A stretch of DNA of 64,000 nt, from the IMG/VR virus record IMGVR_UViG_3300028862_000012, positions 1 to 64,000 of that record; one strand, 5' to 3'. Made by a program: the position numbers and the translations under genes. A model generated the notes under the pieces. That model worked only from the letters and a program-made list of their open reading frames with translations. It did no database searches and had not been told where the DNA came from. This document shows, in pieces, positions 28,795 through 36,605 of this stretch. Position 1 is the first letter of the stretch; every line of letters begins with the position of its first letter.

Positions 28795-29550
28795 TTACTT
28801 AATACTTATAATGCAATAAACAGGAAAATGATCTGATACCGTTTTTCTGGTATTCCAATCTTGTGTCCAGTAGTCTACATCTGACTTTATTATTTTATTC
28901 ACTAATTCTTTTGAGACAAACATATGGTCATAACTATTAGAAGCACTTTTCATTCCTAATGTTGATTTATTTACACCGCTTACATTAGTACTGTACTTTG
29001 TAATATCAAAGTTCTTTACATTTTCTAAATTAAAATCACCACTAATGATAGTATTGTTTTCTTTATTAAAATAAGTATATAACTCATCCAAATTATTTAC
29101 TTCTGCAATTCTATCTTTTTCAGAGCTACCATAAATAATATGTACTATAACTAAATTTACTGAAAAATCAGAATTTAAATCTTTAATAGTAACACCATAA
29201 GGATTACGAACAAAACCAGTAGTAGGATATAAACCTATTTCTGTAACTGTCACTTTTTTAGTATTATAAAATACTCCAAAGTATTCTTTATATTTGTCTG
29301 TTCCTACAGAAGTTTTACTTATCACATATTTATAATCAGGAAGATATTGTAATGTTTGTTTCATTCCATTTTCATTCATTACCTCTATTGCACCACATAC
29401 ATCAAATGTACTAATTACAGAAGCTAATGTTTTATAATCTTTTGTTCCATCACCTAATCGTAACATATTATAACTTGCAATTGATAAACTCTGTGCTATA
29501 AGTAAAGCACTAACTAAACAAAATGCAATAATCGAAATAAATTTTTTCAT
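28795..29550 (-). CDS. secreted DNase I-like (EEP family) nuclease
   Basis: Signal peptide; SYNM, IEV, EYFG, SGDFN, YDHMF, SDHFPV motifs. Confidence 0.82.
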   Translation of the reverse strand: MKKFISIIAFCLVSALLIAQSLSIASYNMLRLGDGTKDYKTLASVISTFDVCGAIEVMNENGMKQTLQYLPDYKYVISKTSVGTDKYKEYFGVFYNTKKVTVTEIGLYPTTGFVRNPYGVTIKDLNSDFSVNLVIVHIIYGSSEKDRIAEVNNLDELYTYFNKENNTIISGDFNLENVKNFDITKYSTNVSGVNKSTLGMKSASNSYDHMFVSKELVNKIIKSDVDYWTQDWNTRKTVSDHFPVYCIISIK

Positions 29551-29582
29551 AATTAAATCCTTTATAGTCTAATAGTTAAAAA

Positions 29583-29668
29583 CGGAGCAAACAAGACTCG
29601 AACTTGTGATACCATTTCTGGTATGATAGGTTAGCAACCTATTGCAGTAGCCTCTGTGCCATTGCTCC
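29583..29668 (-). tRNA. tRNA-Ser(GCU)
   Basis: GGAGCAA/TTGCTCC, ATAGG TTGCTAA CCTAT, long variable arm. Confidence 0.88.
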
Positions 29669-29802
29669 AATGACTGTTCTCAGTCAGCGAGAATGCTTTT
29701 TTAACGACTCAAACATACGATTACGACTTGCATTATACACTTATTGCATTCTAAGTGCAAGTGCAACTGCTACGTGTTCAGACAAGCTTGAACGCCTCGC
29801 TT

Positions 29803-29890
29803 CAGAGTTAGAAAGATTCGGACTTTCGCTACCTTTTCGAGGTAGTACAGTTTTCAAGACTGTTACCTTCAACCACTCGGTCATAACTCC
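29803..29890 (-). tRNA. tRNA-Ser(UGA)
   Basis: GGAGTTA/TAACTCT, ACAGT CTTGAAA ACTGT, long variable arm; T loop TCCGAAT. Confidence 0.85.
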
Positions 29891-29898
29891 AAATAATA

Positions 29899-30084
29899 TT
29901 ATACTTCTTCTGGAATAAAATTTATAGTAATATTTACTAATTGTCCATCTTTTTGTTCAGTCCATAAAACTGAGTCTACACAACAAAGATTAATTCCCAT
30001 ATTATTAGGAATTACCTCTAAAGGAAAAGGACACTTATTCAAGTCCTCTTTAGAGTTTGATACTTTTAAAAATTCTGTTTTCAT
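29899..30084 (-). CDS. hypothetical protein
   Basis: SD AAGGAG. Confidence 0.5.
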   Translation of the reverse strand: MKTEFLKVSNSKEDLNKCPFPLEVIPNNMGINLCCVDSVLWTEQKDGQLVNITINFIPEEV

Positions 30085-30147
30085 ACAATTTGCTCCTTAT
30101 ATATTCTTTTACCTAAATAAATAGTTGCTTATCTTTTTAATAAGCAA

Positions 30148-30360
30148 TTAATCCTTGTACTGAAAATTTCTGTAATTTTTCCAGCTACGATAGTCTCCTA
30201 CTTTAGAAGCATATACACGATTATATTGCTTTGCACATTTTCTATGAGAATAATTACTTTTCCTTGAAAGAAAATCATCATCCCATTCTCCAGAACATAA
30301 AGCTATAATTTTATATTCTCTATAGCTATAGCTATCTTTACACTTAATAATTTTACCCAT
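30148..30360 (-). CDS. hypothetical basic protein
   Basis: SD AGGT; RSWKNYRNFQYK C-terminus. Confidence 0.45.
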   Translation of the reverse strand: MGKIIKCKDSYSYREYKIIALCSGEWDDDFLSRKSNYSHRKCAKQYNRVYASKVGDYRSWKNYRNFQYKD

Positions 30361-30619
30361 AGATAAGTTTACCTCACCTAATGTTCCATATAATCTCCTT
30401 AGTTAACTTTATTACTAAATCTACTCACTTGTGTTATCAATAACAGTTAGTCACTATAAATAGTTATAAAGTAATGACACGTTAATACGAATAGATTTAA
30501 TAATAAAAGTAAGATGAAATAGTTTAGGTGACTATTGTGGCACATCTTACTCACCAATAGATAACCTATTGGATTTTAAAGATCCTGATATGTAATCATC
30601 GGTAAATGATTACTATTCT

Positions 30620-30693
30620 TAGGACTAATTGGGCTTGAACCAATGACTTATTGCTTAGAAGGCAATTGCTCTATCCATCTGAGCTATAATCCC
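30620..30693 (-). tRNA. tRNA-Arg(UCU)
   Basis: GGGATTA/TAGTCCT, ATTGC CTTCTAA GCAAT. Confidence 0.9.
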
Positions 30694-30718
30694 AAACCTG
30701 TTATAAAAGTAAGATTAC

Positions 30719-30886
30719 TTAACTATGCTCTGCTCTTTCATGCCCACAGGTAGTGCATCGATCATTCCAACTACTACCACCATAATACTGATGACAGTTA
30801 CACTTCAAACAATAACCTGCACTATAGGCAAAGCCAATACCTGCAAGCAAAACCAAAGCCAATGTGACCAAAATAAACTTCTTCAT
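30719..30886 (-). CDS. secreted Cys/His-rich microprotein (55 aa, not in the ORF track)
   Basis: MKKFILVTLALVLLAGIGFA-YSAGYCLKCNCHQYYGGSSWNDRCTTCGHERAEHS; SD AAGGAG. Confidence 0.7.
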   Translation of the reverse strand: MKKFILVTLALVLLAGIGFAYSAGYCLKCNCHQYYGGSSWNDRCTTCGHERAEHS

Positions 30887-30895
30887 ATAGACTCC

Positions 30896-31081
30896 TTAAT
30901 CTAAGTTTCTTATAAAATGTTTTCTATAACCTTCTGCAAGTACTTCTTTTAATTTTCTTTCATTTTCCTCAATAGCATTAAAATAATATTCTTTCATTTT
31001 ATCTTTCAGTTCTGTAGTAAAATGATTAGTAATACCTTTTCTAATGTTATCTAATAACTTTTGTAATAAGTTTTCATTCAT
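30896..31081 (-). CDS. hypothetical protein
   Basis: SD AAGGA. Confidence 0.45.
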   Translation of the reverse strand: MNENLLQKLLDNIRKGITNHFTTELKDKMKEYYFNAIEENERKLKEVLAEGYRKHFIRNLD

Positions 31082-31094
31082 GTATGTTCCTTAA

Positions 31095-31167
31095 AGCGGT
31101 ATGTCGGAATCGAACCGATGACAATTAACTTGGAGGGCTAATGTTCTACCAACTGAACTAATACCGC
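31095..31167 (-). tRNA. tRNA-Gly(UCC), C33 variant
   Basis: GCGGTAT/ATACCGC, TTAGC CCTCCAA GTTAA. Confidence 0.85.
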
Positions 31168-31181
31168 ACACTTTATAATAG

Positions 31182-31622
31182 TTAATTATTTAAAACTTTC
31201 TTCTCAAGCCACTCGATATACTGACTTGTAGATGCTTCAAAAAATACTCCAAAGGTATTATAAAATTCATCGTGTAGTTGTTCTACTGTTTTCTTTATAA
31301 AGAAGTCATTAAACTCATCTGTACCCATTACATAAACTTCTACTTTTCCATCTTTGTAATAACCTGATTTAAACCAAGTCAAAGTAGGTTTTCTATTACT
31401 ATCCCAAAAAGAAGGAATGGCTACAGATTTATTAAACTCTTCATATGGTTTAAAATCAAGATATAAACAATATACATCCTCAGTAGGATCATTTATTTTT
31501 ATATTTATAATGTCACATTTCATAGGTGAATCTGCTTCCTCGCCTATCTGTGCAAGCTTGTCTGTTATCTGCAATCCCTTAATAGGAAAGTTATTTGATT
31601 TAGCCATGTCTTTAATCAGCAT
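31182..31622 (-). CDS. hypothetical protein
   Basis: SD AAGGAG. Confidence 0.55.
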   Translation of the reverse strand: MLIKDMAKSNNFPIKGLQITDKLAQIGEEADSPMKCDIINIKINDPTEDVYCLYLDFKPYEEFNKSVAIPSFWDSNRKPTLTWFKSGYYKDGKVEVYVMGTDEFNDFFIKKTVEQLHDEFYNTFGVFFEASTSQYIEWLEKKVLNN

Positions 31623-31634
31623 ATTTGCTCCTTA

Positions 31635-31856
31635 TTAAAAATAAACCTTTACTAAATCTTTAGTTATTATTCCCCAGTCTGGCTCTGTATCAATAATCAT
31701 TTCAATAAAAATAAAAGGATACTTTTTTGGTTTTCCGAATACTTTATATAATTCTGTATCACTAGAAGTAAGCCAATCTTTTACATGTTTTTTTGCTACA
31801 AACTTTTTATAGTCTTCAATGGAATTAATCAATGTTCCATTAATTTCCTTGTCCAT
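31635..31856 (-). CDS. hypothetical protein
   Basis: packed ORF. Confidence 0.5.
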   Translation of the reverse strand: MDKEINGTLINSIEDYKKFVAKKHVKDWLTSSDTELYKVFGKPKKYPFIFIEMIIDTEPDWGIITKDLVKVYF

Positions 31857-31859
31857 TAC

Positions 31860-32174
31860 TTATTCCTTATCCAGAACAGTACAAGTTTCAAACCAGTTAA
31901 ATAGTTCTATCATAATTTCTTTAGGAACACAAGCTGTATTCCATTCTTTTGTTACTTTATTCATTTTTTCACATTTATAATAATTAGTAACCATATACTC
32001 ACCATCAGAATGAAGATTAGGACAGTCTTTACACCTGTTTATTTTTACTATGCGCTTAAATTCTGATACAGGAATTTCTGATAAAGAATATCCCAGCATA
32101 GATTCATATGATTCAATATATTCCTCATTTGACATATTTCTAATATCTTTGCATATTTCATCACACTTACTCAT
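31860..32174 (-). CDS. hypothetical Cys-containing protein
   Basis: CKDCP...YKC. Confidence 0.5.
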   Translation of the reverse strand: MSKCDEICKDIRNMSNEEYIESYESMLGYSLSEIPVSEFKRIVKINRCKDCPNLHSDGEYMVTNYYKCEKMNKVTKEWNTACVPKEIMIELFNWFETCTVLDKE

Positions 32175-32506
32175 TTTGTATCCTGATATTTAATCATGAC
32201 TTGAGTGTAATAAAAAGTTTCATAACTATAACTAAGACAAATTACAGATATTCCACCAAGAGGAACCCAACCAATTTTAATCAAGTTTTTTACCTGAATT
32301 TCAAGATCAGAAATGTTTCGGTCTTGCAAAATATTATAGTCAATAATAATTTGTTCTGCTTTAATATTTACATTATCTTGCACCTTAGAAAGAGTATTTA
32401 CCTTAGAAGATGCATTTACATATTTTTGTTTTGTTTCACTTGATGTTTCTGCAAAAGTAAGCGATAGAGTGCAAGCAAGCAGAATAAGTGTAATAATCTT
32501 TTTCAT
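32171..32506 (-). CDS. secreted protein with DUF1737-like domain
   Basis: Signal peptide; LEIQVKNLIKIGWVPLGGISV...YTQVMIK. Confidence 0.55.
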   Translation of the reverse strand: MKKIITLILLACTLSLTFAETSSETKQKYVNASSKVNTLSKVQDNVNIKAEQIIIDYNILQDRNISDLEIQVKNLIKIGWVPLGGISVICLSYSYETFYYTQVMIKYQDTK

Positions 32507-32721
32507 ATTCCTTCTCCCATATTATTTTCGATAATAAACTGTTTCTTTTTAGCGTCTACTAAAACTGATATTTCTTTTACTGACTTTTTTATATAATCAT
32601 AGCAACGATAGGCATCACTATTTAAGCAACCCTCTAAGACTTCACAGTCTTCCTTAGAGTTTAGCTCAATTATAATTTTGTTGTTTTCCAATACAACTGT
32701 TATTGGTTTTTTGTCTGACAT
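32503..32721 (-). CDS. hypothetical protein
   Basis: SD AGGAG. Confidence 0.5.
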   Translation of the reverse strand: MSDKKPITVVLENNKIIIELNSKEDCEVLEGCLNSDAYRCYDYIKKSVKEISVLVDAKKKQFIIENNMGEGI

Positions 32722-33001
32722 ATTATTCTCCTAAATTAATATTTTCTTTAAGATCAACAGGCTCCCACAAATACCATCCAGTAAGAATAACTGGAACAAG
32801 CAATGTTTCACTACACAGAATGCTCCATACTATATTTCCTGCACTTACCCGATAGTAAACCTTTGGATTCATTTCATCTATATTAGCCAGCAACAGGTTT
32901 CTTTAATCCTGTGAAACCTTTTATATCTCTGGCAAAGGTACAAAAGTAAAGCCATACTAAATACATTTACTAAACTTGATAAGTGTTTAGTAAAAACTTT
33001 A

Positions 33002-33075
33002 TGGGCCTAGTTGGACTTGAACCAACGACCGACGGATTATGAGTCCGCAGCTCTAACCAACTGAGCTATAGGCCC
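33002..33075 (-). tRNA. tRNA with CAU anticodon (Ile2 or elongator Met; not initiator)
   Basis: GGGCCTA/TAGGCCC, GCGGA CTCATAA TCCGT; G1-C72 pair. Confidence 0.88.
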
Positions 33076-33205
33076 AAAAAACAAGTGTATAATATGCAAA
33101 GAAGTATGCTTGCCCATAATCTTTCTATGGATAAAATTTTTTCTTTGCATTAAAGATGTTATACAAGCATCTTAGTTCAGCAATACAACGTACTACTAAA
33201 TCTAT

Positions 33206-33286
33206 TGGACAGAGGAGGATTTGAACCTCCGAAGCCGAAGCAACGGTTTTACAGACCGCCGGTTTTAACCCCTTACCTATCTATCC
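33206..33286 (-). tRNA. tRNA-Tyr(GUA)
   Basis: GGATAGA/TCTGTCC, GCGGT CTGTAAA ACCGT, long variable arm. Confidence 0.88.
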
Positions 33287-33292
33287 ATAAAA

Positions 33293-33363
33293 AGTGCAGA
33301 GCAGGATTTGAACCTGCGATTATTAGTTTTGCAGATACTCTTTGACCGCTTGAGTGTCCACTC
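33293..33363 (-). pseudogene. degenerate tRNA-Cys(GCA)
   Basis: T arm GCAGG TTCAAAT CCTGC intact and CTGCAAA loop present, but the anticodon and acceptor stems do not pair. Confidence 0.55.
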
Positions 33364-33369
33364 AACAGA

Positions 33370-33639
33370 TTAGAAATCAAAACTACAACTACCTGAATAA
33401 TAATGAGATTTTCCATCAGAAGTGGTATAAAACAGATCATCGTTATCAACACCTACATAATCAATATGTCCATTACCGATTATTTCATCACCTGAAAGTT
33501 TATGCTTGATAATTGTTCCATCTTTTCCAGTTATAGAACGATACTGTGCTTGATTAGCATTTTTCTTTGCATCTGCAACCACACTACAGCTTGTGAATAA
33601 AAAAACAGTCAAGCAAACCAAAATAATAAGCTTCTTCAT
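33370..33639 (-). CDS. putative lipoprotein
   Basis: MKKLIILVCLTVFLFTSC lipobox; SD AGGAG. Confidence 0.65.
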   Translation of the reverse strand: MKKLIILVCLTVFLFTSCSVVADAKKNANQAQYRSITGKDGTIIKHKLSGDEIIGNGHIDYVGVDNDDLFYTTSDGKSHYYSGSCSFDF

Positions 33640-33654
33640 GTTACACTCCTAAAT

Positions 33655-33727
33655 CGGGGACAAGAGGGCTTGAACCTCTGACCTACAGGTTAACGGCCTG
33701 TTGCTCTACCGACTGAGCTATGTCCTC
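33655..33727 (-). tRNA. tRNA-Asn(GUU), C33 variant
   Basis: ACAGG CCGTTAA CCTGT; D arm GCTC/GAGC; one acceptor mismatch (A2-C71). Confidence 0.8.
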
Positions 33728-33731
33728 AAAA

Positions 33732-33928
33732 AAACTAATCTTGCTTTGTCATAACAACGGGTGGGAGATACTGTTATAACTAACAAGATTAGTTTATTGA
33801 TAGCTTTAATGTATCAAGGAGATATGCTGAAATCACCAAAAACAGCACACACTAAAGCTATCAATAAAAAAGTCAACAGAAAAACGGACAAGGATTAGGA
33901 AGTAAACCTATAATTAAACTGTTGACTT
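33732..33928 (-). ncRNA. array of three long hairpins between tRNAs
   Basis: Perfect stems 33732-43/33784-95 (12 bp), 33793-808/33853-68 (16 bp), 33870-79/33919-28 (10 bp). Confidence 0.5.
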
Positions 33929-33930
33929 AT

Positions 33931-34001
33931 AGGCGAGTACTGGAATCGAACCAATATTTAGAGATTAATTCATCTCTTGTCCTGCCCTAGACGAACTCGC
34001 C
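33931..34001 (-). tRNA. tRNA-like gene with an 8-nt anticodon loop, identity undetermined
   Basis: GGCGAGT/ACTCGCC, D arm GTCTAGGGCAGGAC, AGAGA TGAATTAA TCTCT, T loop TTCGATT. Confidence 0.7.
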
Positions 34002-34187
34002 AAACAAAGTTTTTAATACTTTAAGTGAAATCATTTTTCCACTTCTTTATTCGCTATATGCTTTTATTACAAGCACTAAAAACTTACAGAATAATTTAAG
34101 AAAAGTTTATCTGCATTACTTTCCCGAGATAGTTTATGTAACTATCAAAATAAAAACAACACTTATTCATTTTACAAGTTGTTGTTC

Positions 34188-34269
34188 TGCGAGATAAAAG
34201 TCTCGAACTTTCACGCCTTACGGCATATGCTCCTAGGGCACACGTGTCTACCAATTTCACCAATCTCGC
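34188..34269 (-). tRNA. tRNA-Leu(UAG), C33 variant
   Basis: GCGAGAT/ATCTCGC, TGTGC CCTAGGA GCATA, long variable arm. Confidence 0.85.
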
Positions 34270-34283
34270 GCAAAAGGTTTTAT

Positions 34284-34659
34284 TGCCAGAAAACGGACTT
34301 GAACCGTCACGCCCATTACAGGCAAGGGATTTTCTTACTGCTATAGTTTTCACTACCAAAAGTTGCTTTGCATCTTTTGTTTGAAGTCTGGACTGTATCA
34401 TTCCCTGTTTTATTACAGGGATCATCCGTCAGTCTCTACAATCATTAATTATTTCTAATTAACTTCATCACGGTATTTTCATGTCCATTTCTGGATTTAG
34501 AATCTCTTAGTAGCTGATTTGATTTCATGTATCACTACAATAAATCTTATTTGCTATTACCGTTTATTTCGGATAATTCTACACTAGAGTTTTACGTATA
34601 TCTCTATGCACTCAAATTTTTTTTAAGTCCCTCGTGTCTGCCAATTTCACCATTCTGGC
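34284..34659 (-). tRNA. trnL: tRNA-Leu(UAA) split by a group I intron (exon 1 34659-34625, exon 2 34333-34284)
   Basis: Spliced anticodon arm AGGGA CT|TAA|AA TCCCT with the junction after U34; acceptor GCCAGAA/TTCTGGC. Confidence 0.88.
34334..34624 (-). ncRNA. group I self-splicing intron (291 nt, no ORF, IC3-like)
   Basis: P1 ACTT/GAGT with U.G at the splice site; P3 ATCCG/CGGAT; P7 GACTG/CAGTC; P8 TCCCTG/CAGGGA; terminal G. Confidence 0.88.
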
Positions 34660-35009
34660 AATAAAACTTCTTACTACTCTCCCTCCCTAAACTGTCAAAA
34701 AACCTATGCTTTCGAGTTACTTGTTGTTTCTCTCTTGCATGTTTTTATATTACTACTGTTACTAGATTTTGTCAATAACTTTTTTAAAAATAAATACAAA
34801 TAATTTTTATTATAATTTAATTTTTATAGATATTATTATATAGATATAATAATAGTTACTAAAAGTTGAAAAGATTCATGGAAAAATCTTTTCGTTTGGC
34901 TGTAACCAAACTTACTTTTAGTAACTTAATATGTCTCGAAAACTATGCACTTTATGTGACAGTACCTTTATAGTACAATTATGTTTCTTTGTACTATATC
35001 AGTACTATT

Positions 35010-35471
35010 TTAATAACTCTTCGGTACAAAAGCATCAAAACTTTTATCAAACAAGTCTGATATCTCTTCACTATCCTGTTTTGGGTCAAGCTTCATTTTA
35101 ATTACTAACTGCTGAACTTCTTTTATTGCCTTTACCATGCCTAACATTACTGCTTCTGTTTCTTCATAACTATGCACTTTATTTTTTGATCTATAAAACA
35201 TAGATTTTCCAGTAGACTTATTATATCCCCAAAATCCGTTATAATAATAGCTCCCTTGCCTCATCATAGTCATACGAGTTATATAAATATAAGGACTAAA
35301 AAAAGAATCAGTATTTTTTCCAAAAGGATAAATAAAAGTTATATCTTGCTTATAACTAAACAAGCAATCATCTAATAATCTTTTTAAACCAAGTGCAAAA
35401 TCTGCCTTACGAAAAGAAGCTTTTCCTCCAGTTGAAAAAAGTTTTTTAAGCTTGGCTTCTGGAAACACCAT
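35010..35471 (-). CDS. probable C-terminal part of the upstream J-domain protein (-1 frame)
   Basis: Frame is open from the A-AAA-AAG site (GKKVLIDYSMVFPEAKLKKLF). Confidence 0.55.
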   Translation of the reverse strand: MVFPEAKLKKLFSTGGKASFRKADFALGLKRLLDDCLFSYKQDITFIYPFGKNTDSFFSPYIYITRMTMMRQGSYYYNGFWGYNKSTGKSMFYRSKNKVHSYEETEAVMLGMVKAIKEVQQLVIKMKLDPKQDSEEISDLFDKSFDAFVPKSY

Positions 35472-35482
35472 TGAATAATCTA

Positions 35483-36151
35483 TTAGAACTTTTTTCCTTT
35501 TCTACTCTGATAATCGCGCTGAGTTAATTTTTGCTTTCTATTATTATAAAATATATTAGTAATTATTCCAAAGTTAAATAAAACATCTTCTTCATCTATA
35601 TCTGAAGATCCTAACCCTGATGCACTTCTATCTCGTGATATAGAAAATTGAACATAATAAACTAAAGAACGATCCTCGTTAAATACTTCTACATTTGCTT
35701 CAAAATAAGCAGAGCCAGAACTATATAGATTATATTTACGATTAAACTCATCTGTAAACTTATTTTCAGTTATCTTTATATCGAGTGCATCGCTACTAAA
35801 CTGGCTTAAATAAGCAATTAATTCTTCATCGTTAAATGAGTTATAAAAAATATCTCTCATAGTATTGAAATTTTCTTCTGCTTTTTCAAATTGTGCTTTC
35901 TCACGCGCTTTACGTTCTTCAGGTGTTTCAGAATGATAGCTACTATTACTGCTAACTTTTATTTTTGATAATACTTCATAAGCATTATTAATATCCTGCA
36001 TCTTTTCAGTGCTACTAGCACCTGTATCTGTATGATACTGTTTGGCTAACTTATGATATAAATTTTTTAATTCAACACTATCAGGAATTTCTTGTATATC
36101 AAATACTTTCATTGCTTCAGTCGGAGTCATTGGTCGTTCTTTTAATTTCAT
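35483..36151 (-). CDS. J-domain-like protein (HTD instead of HPD)
   Basis: EAMKVF...LKNLYHKLAKQYHTD...MQDINNAYEVL. Confidence 0.7.
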   Translation of the reverse strand: MKLKERPMTPTEAMKVFDIQEIPDSVELKNLYHKLAKQYHTDTGASSTEKMQDINNAYEVLSKIKVSSNSSYHSETPEERKAREKAQFEKAEENFNTMRDIFYNSFNDEELIAYLSQFSSDALDIKITENKFTDEFNRKYNLYSSGSAYFEANVEVFNEDRSLVYYVQFSISRDRSASGLGSSDIDEEDVLFNFGIITNIFYNNRKQKLTQRDYQSRKGKKF

Positions 36152-36170
36152 AAAATACTTTTATAATGTA

Positions 36171-36560
36171 TTACTGCCACTCTATATCATTGGTTGCTTC
36201 ACTAGCGCGGGTGCTTGCAGTGTTTTCACTTACCCTATTTTGAATATCTTTACTATCAATATTACTATTAGTGATTTTACTATTTAAAGTAATTCTATTT
36301 TCAAATAGCAATGATTTAATAGTTCCTTTCTTCATGGCACCTATAATAAAGTGCTTCTCATCAATTAATAAAACAAGTTTTGAATTAATTCCTGTACTGA
36401 TTACTGTATTTTGTACAAGCAATACATCAGGTGTTACAAAATTCCATACATCAGAACTTTGATATAAAACTTTACCAGTAATAGACTCTATCTCTATACT
36501 TTGTGCAAAACATACTGAACTTAGCAATACCAGTATTAGTGCTAACATTACTTTTTTCAT
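36171..36560 (-). CDS. secreted FecR-like protein
   Basis: Signal peptide; ITGKV...NTVISTGINSKLVL; C-terminal TASTRASEA. Confidence 0.5.
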   Translation of the reverse strand: MKKVMLALILVLLSSVCFAQSIEIESITGKVLYQSSDVWNFVTPDVLLVQNTVISTGINSKLVLLIDEKHFIIGAMKKGTIKSLLFENRITLNSKITNSNIDSKDIQNRVSENTASTRASEATNDIEWQ

Positions 36561-36605
36561 ATATAAATTCCTTTATTGTTTACTTATATAATAGTTATAA
36601 AAATT

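Noticed and set aside
29670-29918. 82-aa plus-strand ORF
   Set aside because: Antisense to tRNA-Ser(UGA), with no RBS.
30485-30613. Hammerhead or other known ribozyme
   Set aside because: No CUGAUGA/GAAA core found on either strand.
34096-34425. 109-aa ORF in the ORF track
   Set aside because: It overlaps tRNA-Leu(UAG), tRNA-Leu(UAA) exon 2 and the intron core, so it is a shadow of structured RNA rather than an intron-encoded endonuclease.
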